From Picochlorum sp. SENEW3 (Eukaryota): DNA of 64,000 nucleotides. The translations under genes and the position numbers were made by a program. Location of the stretch: the NCBI GenBank assembly GCA_034226945.1, contig CP120455.1, positions 682,001 to 746,000 on the forward strand, in the 5' to 3' direction. The notes beneath the pieces were generated by a model. It was not told the origin of the DNA. It did no database searches and saw nothing but the letters and a program-made list of their open reading frames with translations. Position 1 is the stretch's first letter, and each line of letters begins with the position of its first letter. This document shows positions 22,175 through 33,213 of this stretch, piece after piece.

Positions 22175-25100
22175 ATGCAGGAGCAGGCAGTTCTTGTGTT
22201 GTCGAGTGCGGTGAGGTCGAGTCCAGAGGAAGCATGCCGGGCTATTTTGTCTGCAGAGAGTTTTGCGCGAGAGGTGAACAGGTGGGTGTTGGCTTGGGTG
22301 TGCCTCTACAATGGTGTATAGGGGCTGAACTCATTGATATGATGATGTGCAGAATTGGTCCTGTTGGGGCAAATGCGTTGCATCTTGCGACGTGGAGGAA
22401 TCATGCTGGTATTGTTGAGGGCATCCTGGGTGTGCCCCATGTTGATTTGGATGCCCCGGATGAAGAGTCTGGTTGGACTGCGTTGCATCGAGCCTTGTAT
22501 TTCGGGCATGTTCGGCTCGCGGTGGCATTGGTGGCTGCAGGAGCGAATGTGTCTGTGCTGGATGTGTATGGGAGGACGCCTGTTGACCTGTTGTCCAGGC
22601 ATTTGATGCGCATGTATGGGAGAGATAGGGACAGATATGAGAGCCAAGGGCATGTATTTTCCTGGGGAAATGGGAGTAATTATACTCTTGGGACTGGGTC
22701 TTTGGAAGTGGAATTGGCACCGACTCGGGTGGATGCGCTTCACATGCATGATGTGGTGTATGTGGCAGCTGCGAAATTTCATAGTGCTGCGGTGACGACT
22801 GATGGAAAAGTGTATACCTGGGGATGGGGTAGAGGAGGTCGTTTGGGACATCCAGAAGCTCATATCCATAGTGGTAGTAGCGCTGTGATCCATCCACGCT
22901 GCCTTGTGTCCTTGGAGCGCTATTGTGTTTCCAGGATTGCAGTTGCCAAGCACCATACACTATTAACAACGACAGAAGGAGAAGTGTTCTCTATGGGAAG
23001 TAATAGATATGGTCAGTTAGGATATTCAACGGTCGATACCCAGCCTGAGCCACGAAAGATTGCTGCACTGCGGTCAATGACCATTGTGAGGGTGGCTGCC
23101 GCGAACAAGCATTCTGTGTGTGTCTCGTCGAGTGGAGATGTATTTACCTGGGGAACTAATTCTTGCGGCCAACTTGGGTATGGCGCATTTGATTCGATAT
23201 CGTCGTCGACTCCTAGAGTGGTGGATGCTTTGAAAGGCCGCCCTGTAGTGGAATGTGCTGCAGCCAAGCGTCATACAGTCGTGTTGACGGATGATGGTGA
23301 TGTATTGACGTGGGGACATCGAGGCGTATCTCCTCGAAAGGTTGTGCTAAATGGTGTTAGAAAGGCAGTGTCTTTGGATGGGACTCCTCTGAGGTTCCAG
23401 AAAGGGTACAAGGATGTTTCCAAACCTCGTATTCAGCAGATTTGTGCTGGTGCTGCCCATAGTAGTGCGCTCACGTCGGCGGGGGTTGTGTTGACGTGGA
23501 TGTCTGCAGATCCTCACTGTCAGGTACAAGAGATTAAAGGTCCATTGGCTGGGCTAAAAGTAGTGAGCATCTCTGCTGGTAAGTATAGAACCGCAGCTGT
23601 CACTGACATTGGGACTGTGTACATGTGGGAGGGTAGGGCAGATTTCTTTCCTGCTGAGGGTCGCGTCGCAGGGAGTGGTAGCAAAAAGTGGTCAAAACCA
23701 AAAAGTTATGGTGACTATATCTTGGGCTCGTCGGCAGGGAGCAGCAGTTCTCATGAGTGTTTTGGTACATCTCCTGGGTCATTCCATCGACATGGATCAC
23801 CGTCCATGGTAGACCGAATGCAAAGTTTCAAGTCAAAGTTTGGTGCATCACCTTCTGGAAGAACAGCATCTTCTCCGTCGACGAATTTCTGTGCGACGCG
23901 ACATGTTGAAACAGTCTTTGATCCTATCATTCCTTATAGGGTTGAAGGCCTCCGCAAGGTGACTGATGTTGCTGTTGGTGAGAAGCATTCGCTTGCTCTT
24001 CAGCACTGGCTGCGATCAAGAGATACAAGTACATACGAAACTTTAGACGAAAGTGTCTCTCTCTCGGGTGAGCGCTGTGGCCCTGGATCGCTGCAAGTCA
24101 TCTGTCAGGAAACAATTGCAAAGCACATGGTGGATCCATACACAGTGTTGCAAGTCATGCAGTATGCCGAGGCAGCTTTAGCGGATATGCTCTATAAAAG
24201 CTGCTGTTGCGTTGCTGCACTGAATTTGGATCTCGTGATGACGGAACATCCTCAAATTTTTGCCGAACTCGCGATGCATATTGCAGAGGATGTTGAACAT
24301 GAGTTGAAGTGCATTTTGAATACACCTATTCAAGCAGACAAGAGTGATGACGTCATTTTGTTGACGCCTATTTTGAACGGAATACTTCCTACTCGCGCTG
24401 AAGTTGAGCTCGGTGATTCCTCTGTTGTTCAACAAGAAGAAGAGAGGAGCGATCTGACCCTAGCAGAAGGACAGGAACATGTGACCAGTGCACATGCCGA
24501 GGCTACATCTAGTGCAGACGTATCAAATGAGGAAGAGAGAAAATTGAGGCGTTTAATACTGAAGAAGCTGCAACAAATACATACTTTGGAGGATAAGATA
24601 TCGCAAGGTGAGGAGTTAGATGCCCAACAGAAGGCCAAGGTGAGCCAAAAGAGCGTCTTCTTATCAGCCTTGGCAGCCCTGGATGGTGGAGTGCCCCACG
24701 AGCAAGTCAATGCTCTACTTCGAGCTGCATCTCAAGCAGTTGTTGAAGCTCATAAAGGCATTGTGACGGATGTTTCAGCACGGCATCCCATTGCTGTGAC
24801 ACACACCACCCCAAAGGCATCATCAAAACCAAAGAGGAAATCAAAAAAGGAAAAGATTGCAGCAAAGGAACCTCCCCAACAGGTGAGGGAGAGTCTCTTG
24901 CAATCGAAGGATGAAGAGAAAAAGCCAGCATTGAGGAGACCACCACATCCTGGTCCGGTGGTATCAGCCACTATTCCATCTGGCTCACACACAGAAAAGA
25001 CACCCATTAAACAAGTGGGTTTCAATACCTCACATGTGGTGAGCCCCAGCTCTCTGAATAAGAAGAGAGCTACTAGGAAAGGGGGATTATCGATTTTCCT

Positions 25101-25929
25101 CAGAGGAGGCTTGGAAGACCCCGACTCGAGGCCAGAAAAGCTCGCTTGGGGAGGCAGCGCATCTCAGACTCACCAATCATCCCCTCTGTCGAAAATCCTG
25201 AGCAAGGAGGCACAGGAACAACCAACAGGAAGTAAGCACACCAAGACGCCAAAGAGCTCGTCATCAAAACCCAAGCGACAATTGGGCATCAAGGTGTCCT
25301 TGAAAGATTATTTGGAAGGCAATACCAAGGGTACCTCAATGGAAAGTGAGGACACGGTGACTGCATCACCAACTCCTTGGGCAAAGGACACATCATTGCC
25401 AGCCTCGTGTCCGGTCAAGTCGCTAAAAAAGATCCAACTTGAACAAGAGCAACTTCGAGCAGCACAGCAACGTGTGCCACAATCACCCAGACTGTATTCA
25501 AAGACTGCGGCCACTGATTCCTTTGGTACATCTCCAGGAGCAAGTGCATCCTTTTTCGGCCAGTCTCCATCCGCAGTAGGATTTCTCTATGGATCATCCC
25601 CTGGGAGAGGAAAGGCATTCATCGCATCACCTCAACCCATGGAGAGTAAGTGGTATATTCCAGAGGAAGCTGCAATGGCTGCAGCCAAGACAAAGACCCT
25701 CACGGAAATTCAAGAAGAAGAGAGTGCCCTAAAAGAAATGGCCGAAATCGAAGCAGCATTGCACCGTTTCTCATGCAAAGATAACAGTGAAACTGCTACA
25801 GACAATAAAAAGACCACGCATGATACCAAAAAATCGAAAAGGAACAAGAAGAAGAAGCAAAAGAATACCAACAATACCAACAAGAAAAGGGGTAATCCCC
25901 AACAGCAGCAGCATTCATACTGCTGTTGA
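22175..25929 (+). CDS. Ankyrin + RCC1-repeat protein (IBTK-like / At3g03790-like)
   Basis: Proposed exon 1 22175-22281; intron 22282-22352 (GTGGGT...TGCAG); exon 2 22353-25929. ESGWTALHRALYFG ankyrin repeat; multiple RCC1 repeats (YTWGWGRGGRLGH, GSNRYGQLG); KKLQQI..LE coil; SL.EIQ.EE motifs. Confidence 0.88.
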
Positions 25930-26033
25930 TCCGCTCTCGCTTATGACATATTTTGTATTTATTATTATTTTGACATGATATATGATCGCAGTAGGCATCC
26001 AAAGTAGACAAAATCCAACACAACGACACCCAC

Positions 26034-27231
26034 ATGGGTCTACGAGAGGCACTTGGACTGGTTGGAAGAGATAGACTCCTTGGATTGTTTTTCGTAGTAC
26101 TTGTATCATGTATCTGGGTGTTTTCAAGCTTTCTCGTACAAGATATCGAGGCAATAGGGGTTAATCCAGTCATAATTACATTTGTTTCAAATTCTCTCTT
26201 TGCTCTGTATTTTCCAGTCTACTGGCTAAGCCAGTATATCAAATCAAGAAGAAACGAAGAAAAGGTGGAAACAAGTGACAATGGTGACTTTGCCCTTCCG
26301 TCATTGGAGAGTTGGAGGTCTGAACCTGGAGTTGCTCTAAGGGCCTTGTTTCAGAACCCACTCTTCAGGGCAGCCTGCCAGGTATGCATAGTTGCCACGA
26401 TGGACGCTTCTTCATTTTTTGACATGCTTCTTCTCAACTATACAGGTCGCTCCCTTGTGGTTTTTTGCCCAACTCACATTCAACATGTCCCTCTCAAGAA
26501 CATCAGTGACATCAAATACAATCCTCTCGTCTGCATCCTCGCTCTTCACATTTTTATTTTCCGTTCTTATGCTTTCTGAAAGGTTTACATACTTCAAATT
26601 GAGCTGCATTATGGCACTCATGGTGGGGACTGGCATGGTAACGTATTCTGATGCCACATCTCATGGGACACAGTCATCATCAAGTTCTCTGTTTGGAGAT
26701 ATCCTCTGCCTCATATCCGCCGTACTGTATGGACTCTATACAGTTAATATACGGAAGCAGATTGAAGGGGATGACGAGGCTGTGCCCATGACGCTCTTCT
26801 TTGGTATGATGGGAACATTGATTGCTTGCACTGTGGGACCAATGCTGGCCTGGTTTGCCATGTTGGGATTCTCGTTTGGCACCTTGGGATGGTCTATATT
26901 TGGTATATTGATAGTCAAAGGATGCTTGGATAATGTATTGTCGGATTACTTGTGGGCGAGATCCATCCTCCTCATTGGTCCCACACTGGCCACATCAGGT
27001 CTGGCTCTCCAGGTACCCATTGCAGTCGTCAGCGATGCGCTCATCAAACATCCTGCGTGGATGAGTTCCACACTGACTATTCTTCTGACAATGCTTGGTG
27101 GGTGTATCATCGTGGGGGCATTCTTTGGTTTGAACACGAACGATTCCCATGAAAAACTGCAGCAGGAAGAAGAGCAAGGAGAAGCACATCATGAACATGT
27201 TCCTCTCGCGAGACGCGAGAATGCGTCATAG
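26034..27231 (+). CDS. EamA/DMT-family transporter (SLC35F5/THI74-like)
   Basis: Exons 26034-26381 and 26446-27231. LWF.AQLTFNMSL..TSVTSNTILSSASSLFT, DNVLSDYLWA, L..QVPIA. Confidence 0.9.
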
Positions 27232-27270
27232 AATATTGTATAAATTATTTATTTATGTAATTTAGATGGG

Positions 27271-29202
27271 ATGAATGGGCTAGATGAGCAGCGAAAACAG
27301 TTGCCGGTATGGCATGTGAAAGACAAGCTTGTCGATGCTGTCAAATCTTCACCTGTTCTCATCATCGTTGGTGAAACAGGGAGTGGTAAGACTACCCAGA
27401 TACCACAATTTCTATTAGATCATGGATTTAGCTCTGGGAAAGGTATTATTGCATGCACTCAGCCGCGTCGAGTAGCTGCGTTGACAGTTGCCCAGAGAGT
27501 TGCCAAGGAGAGGGGTGTCGACGTGGGGGGAGAGGTGGGGTATACAGTTCGATTCGATGATTGCTCCAGCAAAGATATCACGAGACTCAAGTACATGACA
27601 GATGGTATGCTGCTGCGTGAGGCATTGCTGGATCCGTTGCTGAGGAGGTACAGTGTTATTATTCTTGATGAAGCACATGAGCGAACTATTGCGACGGATA
27701 TTCTTCTGGGTCTGTTGAAATCAGCGCGGGAGAAGCGAAAGGGGTCCTTTCGATTGATTATTATGAGTGCGACGCTGGATGTGCAAGGGTATCAGCGATT
27801 TTTTCCCGGAGCCCAGGCAGTGTATGTCAAAGGTCGTCAGCACCCTGTACATGTCTTTTATGTCAGCGAGCCGCAGGAGAGTTATGTCGATGCCCTCGTC
27901 TCCGCTGTCCTTCAAATACATGTTGATGAAGATCCTGGAGATATATTAGCATTTTTGACGGGGCAAGAAGAGATTGAGGTGGCACAACGATTGATTGTTG
28001 AGCGGGCAAAGAAGGATGAGTCATCACCTGGTGCAAACTTGCACGTGGTCCCCATGTATGCCGCTCTGCCGCCCGATAAACAGCTTTTAGCTTTTGATCC
28101 TGTACCCAAAGGTCATAGAAAAGTAGTGCTATCGACAAATATAGCCGAAACGTCCATCACCATTCCAGGGATTCGTTATGTAATTGACCCGGGGTTTGTC
28201 AAGTGTCGATCGTATAATGCTCGATTGGGTGCAGATTTACTTCAGGTGGTTCCTATTTCTCAGGCACAGGCGTGGCAAAGAACAGGTAGAGCGGGCCGTG
28301 AAGGACCAGGGAAATGCTACAGGCTGTTTACAGAGGAAGCCTTTCTCAATCTACGAGATGTGACTGAACCAGAAATTAAGAGGGCAAATCTGTCATCTGT
28401 GGTCCTCCAACTCAAATCTATGGGTATAGAAGATCCATTATCATTCGATTTTATGGATCCACCTCCCAAAGCTGCCCTCGTGAGGGCTCTGGAGCTCTTG
28501 TATGCATTGCAAGCATTGGATTCTTCTGGATCCCTCACACAGCTGGGCAGAGATCTCGCTCGCCTTCCCGTCGACCCGATGTTTTCGAGAGCAATTATAT
28601 TGAGCAAAGAGTCGGGATGTATAGACGATGTGATTGCAATCGTGTCCATGATGAGCTGTGATGCGACGGTGTTTGTAACACCCTCAAGTGCACGAGAAGA
28701 AGCTCGTGATGCACACTCTCGATTTTCCAGCCCGTTCGGTGACCATATGACACTACTTGCAGTATTCATAGCTTGGAGATCTATTCCCAAGAAACAGCGA
28801 AAGGCGTGGTGCAGAGAAAACTTTATCAATCCAAGAGCCCTGACCAAATCCAATGACATTTTTGAGCAAATCCGTCAGCAAGCAGGTAGAATGATGGGAT
28901 TTCAGCAGCAGGCGCATCTGAGCACTGAGACGGACCCAGTCCTCATCCGCCGGTCTCTTGTGTCAGGCCTATTCCCTCATGCTGCTCGGCGACAGACGAA
29001 TGGTGTATACAAGGTCATATCAACAGGCTTGGAGGTGAAAATCCACCCGTCATCAGTCCTACATTCAAAGGCACCAGAATGCATCATATTCAACGAAATT
29101 ATTAGGACAACTAGACAGTATGTTCGTGGAATCACCTCCATTGATGCCACGTGGCTGCCAGAGATTGCTCCATTTTTCTTCATGACCAACACAGCACATT
29201 GA
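27271..29202 (+). CDS. DEAH-box RNA helicase (DHX33/Dhr2-like)
   Basis: GETGSGKTTQ, TQPRRVAA, DEAHER, SAT, STNIAETSITI, QRTGRAGR, then HA2/OB regions; no N-terminal extension. Confidence 0.93.
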   Translation: MNGLDEQRKQLPVWHVKDKLVDAVKSSPVLIIVGETGSGKTTQIPQFLLDHGFSSGKGIIACTQPRRVAALTVAQRVAKERGVDVGGEVGYTVRFDDCSSKDITRLKYMTDGMLLREALLDPLLRRYSVIILDEAHERTIATDILLGLLKSAREKRKGSFRLIIMSATLDVQGYQRFFPGAQAVYVKGRQHPVHVFYVSEPQESYVDALVSAVLQIHVDEDPGDILAFLTGQEEIEVAQRLIVERAKKDESSPGANLHVVPMYAALPPDKQLLAFDPVPKGHRKVVLSTNIAETSITIPGIRYVIDPGFVKCRSYNARLGADLLQVVPISQAQAWQRTGRAGREGPGKCYRLFTEEAFLNLRDVTEPEIKRANLSSVVLQLKSMGIEDPLSFDFMDPPPKAALVRALELLYALQALDSSGSLTQLGRDLARLPVDPMFSRAIILSKESGCIDDVIAIVSMMSCDATVFVTPSSAREEARDAHSRFSSPFGDHMTLLAVFIAWRSIPKKQRKAWCRENFINPRALTKSNDIFEQIRQQAGRMMGFQQQAHLSTETDPVLIRRSLVSGLFPHAARRQTNGVYKVISTGLEVKIHPSSVLHSKAPECIIFNEIIRTTRQYVRGITSIDATWLPEIAPFFFMTNTAH

Positions 29203-29535
29203 CCACATTGTGACAGACAACAAATTCTCAACGACCCAAAGCGCGCCTAATGCCGATACCACACCAAATCTCTTGACCAACAAGGTGCTAGGACCAGAAT
29301 TGACTTTATTCTTATTCCATTTTCTATAGAATTCGACGTAATAAGAAGAAGACTCGATTCCTGGTACGTTGAGAGTGTTTGAGCTTTTCCAATGATGATG
29401 CGTCAAATTCAACAACAACGTGACGTGTTATCTCATATCCTCATGTGCAGCCATAGGAAACCATAGTTTTACCTTTTATAACATTATTGCGTGTCACTTT
29501 TGCCCAAGGTACTGCTACAACGAAACGCGGGATCA

Positions 29536-30933
29536 ATGCTGACGCCAATTCCGCTGTCGGGCCCGTTGTTGGAAGATCAGACGCCTCGGACTCCTCCTCG
29601 TAGCCATGGATATCAGGTTGATGATGATGGAATTTTACAGTATGGTGGCATGCCTTTCACGAGTGGAGGGCTTCACCAGAATGGTCAAAACACGTTGAGG
29701 AGTCCACTGAACTGGCCTCCACCAACGTCACCAATCCATACGTATGCTGGATTTGGGCAAGCACGAACACCCCTTCATGGATTTGGATTATCGTCTGCTG
29801 CCATTGGCGATGGACGTTTATCGATGGGCCAGTTTGAATTTGGGGTTGATGGTGAATTGACGTTTACAAATACCGAGGCTCCAGCAACAGCACAACCTGC
29901 TGCGGTGGAACAAGAGTGCTTGGATACTCAAATAAAGCAGACTCTGGGGTCTGCAAGGGACATGCTCGGATTCGGGGAGATGGATACGAATAAACTGGAG
30001 AAGAGGATGCAGACACAGTGCGCAAAATTATCAAAGAGCCCTGGCCCATTGCTGGCTGGCCTGCCACTCCATTGCCTTGAACAATCTAACAAGGTGGCAA
30101 TGACATCAAAGCGCGTCAAAGAGGAGTCTAATGGTAAACAGAAGACGTTGACTGACGGAGGACGATGCCGGTCAAAGCGTGTCAAGTTGGATGACCCTGT
30201 ACCTTTGAAGGGTGCAGCATCAAAAGTGGATATGGCAAATGCGACCCCAGAAATGCGCTTTCAAAGAATACAATCTTTGTATGCGGAGTTTCAGAGGAGC
30301 CAAGACGCTGCGTATCTGATGCAAGCATCGATTAAGCAGAGAGATGACCAAATTGCATCGCTGACCAAGGACAACTCCTCATTGTGGTCCATGGTTGCTC
30401 ACATTGCAACTGTCCTACAAATGGCGCTCATACATGAAGCACACATGCATAGGAAGGTGACAACCACACCAACGCAGCCAGCACAGAGAAAAAGGCGACG
30501 ATCCTCACAGGGATGCTATGTAGACAAGGAAAATGCTCAGGTGAACACAACACCTGATGTTACAAAACTAGGCGGCGATGAGATTATGGAATTGGAAAAT
30601 CTATTCAATAGCCCAGCAACGAAGGAGCTTTTGGCTTCCTGCAACATGCTTCCTAGCCCCATTCCAGCGCCACAAGTGACAGCACAGCATGAAGCCCCAG
30701 CAATGCAGTCATTGGCAGGAGGCCTGTCATCACAGTATGCAAAAACTCCAGCCAAACTGCCCTTCCCACCCTTGCCATGGACGAACGACCCTCCTCCCTT
30801 TGGAAATTATAATCCACCTGGAACGCACACAACAACGACGTTTAATTTGGACGATGATGTGCAGAAATCACCACTCCATCCCAGGCAGGAAGGTGCTGAC
30901 AAGGAGAATTCTTTTTCATTCCAGAACTTGTAG
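29536..30933 (+). CDS. Hypothetical protein: S/T-P rich, short coiled coil, NLS-like KRRR, two KEN motifs
   Basis: Long uninterrupted ORF; first ATG at 29536; probable 5'UTR intron 29364-29450 (GTACGT...TGCAG). No family recognised. Confidence 0.7.
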   Translation: MLTPIPLSGPLLEDQTPRTPPRSHGYQVDDDGILQYGGMPFTSGGLHQNGQNTLRSPLNWPPPTSPIHTYAGFGQARTPLHGFGLSSAAIGDGRLSMGQFEFGVDGELTFTNTEAPATAQPAAVEQECLDTQIKQTLGSARDMLGFGEMDTNKLEKRMQTQCAKLSKSPGPLLAGLPLHCLEQSNKVAMTSKRVKEESNGKQKTLTDGGRCRSKRVKLDDPVPLKGAASKVDMANATPEMRFQRIQSLYAEFQRSQDAAYLMQASIKQRDDQIASLTKDNSSLWSMVAHIATVLQMALIHEAHMHRKVTTTPTQPAQRKRRRSSQGCYVDKENAQVNTTPDVTKLGGDEIMELENLFNSPATKELLASCNMLPSPIPAPQVTAQHEAPAMQSLAGGLSSQYAKTPAKLPFPPLPWTNDPPPFGNYNPPGTHTTTTFNLDDDVQKSPLHPRQEGADKENSFSFQNL

Positions 30934-31046
30934 ATTTGCCTTTTCTTTGATTCATATTGCAGTTGCTCTTTAGAATTGTTCCTCGTACCCAACCATGCGG
31001 CACGAAATTGATACATGTAAAAATTTTGCCTGTTGTGACAATACTG

Positions 31047-31739
31047 TTATTGTGCACACTGCACAGCAATCTTCCATGTGTCCAATGTGACTCGTGCAGC
31101 CTCTGCGACATGCGGACGTTTCGATTGCTTTTTCAGCTCCTTGAGCCACCTCGTCACGCCCTTGCTCTTCTTCAATTGTTCGACAGACACCATTGCCAAA
31201 CTCATCCTGAACAGCCCTTTCACTAGCCCCACCTCATCTGTCATCTCTCTCACACGAGAAACCTCATCAATATTCAATTCACCATATGGTGGTACCCCCA
31301 GCGCATTTTCACATTCATCCACACAACCATCGCCTTGAACTCGACACTTTTTGGCCATTGACATACATGTGCCTCCCCGGGAGGCCCCCACCTGCTTTGA
31401 CGATGCCTCTCCGATATACACGCACATCAGCGCCGCCAGTCGATGAGCTATATACCTTGATTCCATATTCACTCCAGTACCCTGTGTCATGCGACCAAGC
31501 AAGCACTGGAGAAGCTTGCTATGACACCGAACCAGGTACCCCCCAGTCAATGACTCTAGTCCCTTCCTTGTGTTGTCAATCTTCTCCTTGCTCTTCTCAC
31601 CAGACACCGTTGCCTCCCCTTCTCGATCTTCCTCTTCAGAAGAGGAATCTACAGATACACTGAACTCCACCCCATCATAGTCCAAACCCTCGTAGCGATT
31701 ATCAAATTCCCTTTCAAAGTCCAATTTCTCATTGCTCAT
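31047..31739 (-). CDS. Hypothetical protein with a C-terminal TFIIS N-terminal (TND/LW)-like helical domain
   Basis: C-terminus L..MVSVEQLKKSKGVTRWLKELKK...VAEAARVTLDTWK fits the TFIIS-N pattern; first ATG at 31739. Confidence 0.6.
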   Translation of the reverse strand: MSNEKLDFEREFDNRYEGLDYDGVEFSVSVDSSSEEEDREGEATVSGEKSKEKIDNTRKGLESLTGGYLVRCHSKLLQCLLGRMTQGTGVNMESRYIAHRLAALMCVYIGEASSKQVGASRGGTCMSMAKKCRVQGDGCVDECENALGVPPYGELNIDEVSRVREMTDEVGLVKGLFRMSLAMVSVEQLKKSKGVTRWLKELKKQSKRPHVAEAARVTLDTWKIAVQCAQ

Positions 31740-31977
31740 TCTTGCCACATCCAATTGTATTTGTATGCCCGACCTCCGTGGTTGAGAGCAGAATGAAAAT
31801 CCTAGATTTCAAGAAAGAATTCTTGGTATCGTGGAATGAAAAAGAAAACATAAGAAAAAACAAGGGTATCTTGGTTGTCTCGGAGAAAAGATACAAACCT
31901 CGTTTTTGTTTTGGTTTTTTAAGGAAACCAGTGCGAATTGAATGGTCACCGTCCGAGTATAAATTATAGATAATAAT

Positions 31978-33136
31978 ATGGAGGGATCGATGCACGTGGA
32001 GAGGATGCCAGAGGATGACTCTCCTCGAGCACTGAGACGGCATATTCAGGGTTTGGAAAAGAAACTTGCCATGGTTTCGTTGGAACGGGATGATCTGGCA
32101 CGCGACGTTGAAGCAATGTGCTTGGATAGTGCGTCGAATACGACGTTTAACATGTCTTCGGTTCTGAATGAGAGGATATTTGTGGCAGGTGTGTGTGTAG
32201 GTGTTGCTGTTACACACTTGGGTGTCTATTGATGTGGTTATTTGATGTGCAGAGAAACAATTATCCAAGGTGAAAAAGGAGCTGGTGGAATGTGATAGTG
32301 AGAGAAAGTCTTTGGTGGAGGATATGTATGCGTTGAAGGAAGCAAAGAGGCGGGGAGATGATGCATCAAGGCAGCAGAAGGAACGATTGGATGTGTTGGG
32401 TCGAGAGGTGGTATTTTATAGAGAGCAGGCGACGCAGGCTATTAGTGAACGGGATGAGATGACATGGGAGCTGGAGCATGTGAGGCGGGAATTGGAAGGG
32501 GTGAAGGATGCATTGGCGGAAAAGGAATCCATGTGTAGCAAGGTTGAGGTGGAGCGGGATGTGTTGAAGCAGCAGTTGGATGAGGCAGAGGGAAGGATGT
32601 CTGGATTGGAAAAGGCTGCAGCTGTTGCTGAAGAGGTTCCTAGATTGAAAAAAACGATCGAAAAGCTTGAAGAACAGACGGAGGCGTTGGAAAAGACCGT
32701 GACTGACGTGACATGTGAACGGGATGTGCTGAAAGAAGCACTGGACCGCCAACGACTGGATTTTGACGAGGAAAAGAAAAAGTTGATAGATTCGTATACG
32801 CATCAGATTGATTCATTGAAGATCGATATGGCTCATTTACAAGAGGAAGTGATGGAAACGAAAGAAGAGTTATCCAATGTGACGGAACAAAAGATTGAAT
32901 CGTTGATGCGGTTGTCAGATTCTGAAAGTTCTACATCGCAAATGCAGCGCGAATTGAAGCGTTTGACGACAAAGATTGGCTCATTAGAATCACTATTGGA
33001 AGCTGCCACGCAGGAGAAGGTCAAAGCGCTGCTTGAAGCGGCAGAAGCACAGGCAGCAGTGACCAGGTCACCTAGCAATTCACAGGGATCATCAATTCAT
33101 GCGTCACCTTTTCACAGTCCTGTCAAAAAAAGATGA
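31978..33136 (+). CDS. Long coiled-coil protein
   Basis: Exons 31978-32188 and 32253-33136; intron GTGTGT...TGCAG keeps frame; heptad-rich E/K/L composition. Confidence 0.8.
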
Positions 33137-33213
33137 TACTATTTATGAAATCAATGTAACACTGTATATCATTGTATGGTTCATTCGAGGATTATATTAT
33201 ATTTTGCTGAATT

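Noticed and set aside
22051..22352. ORF-track N-terminus of the 1292-aa RCC1 protein
   Set aside because: It starts at TTG and reads through a probable intron; an ATG exon at 22175-22281 in another frame splices in frame.
5976..29202. Apparent functional cluster of RNA-processing genes (bystin, SKIP, RRP7, DEAH helicase)
   Set aside because: They are interspersed with unrelated genes, and such genes are common in a compact genome; there is no evidence of co-regulation.
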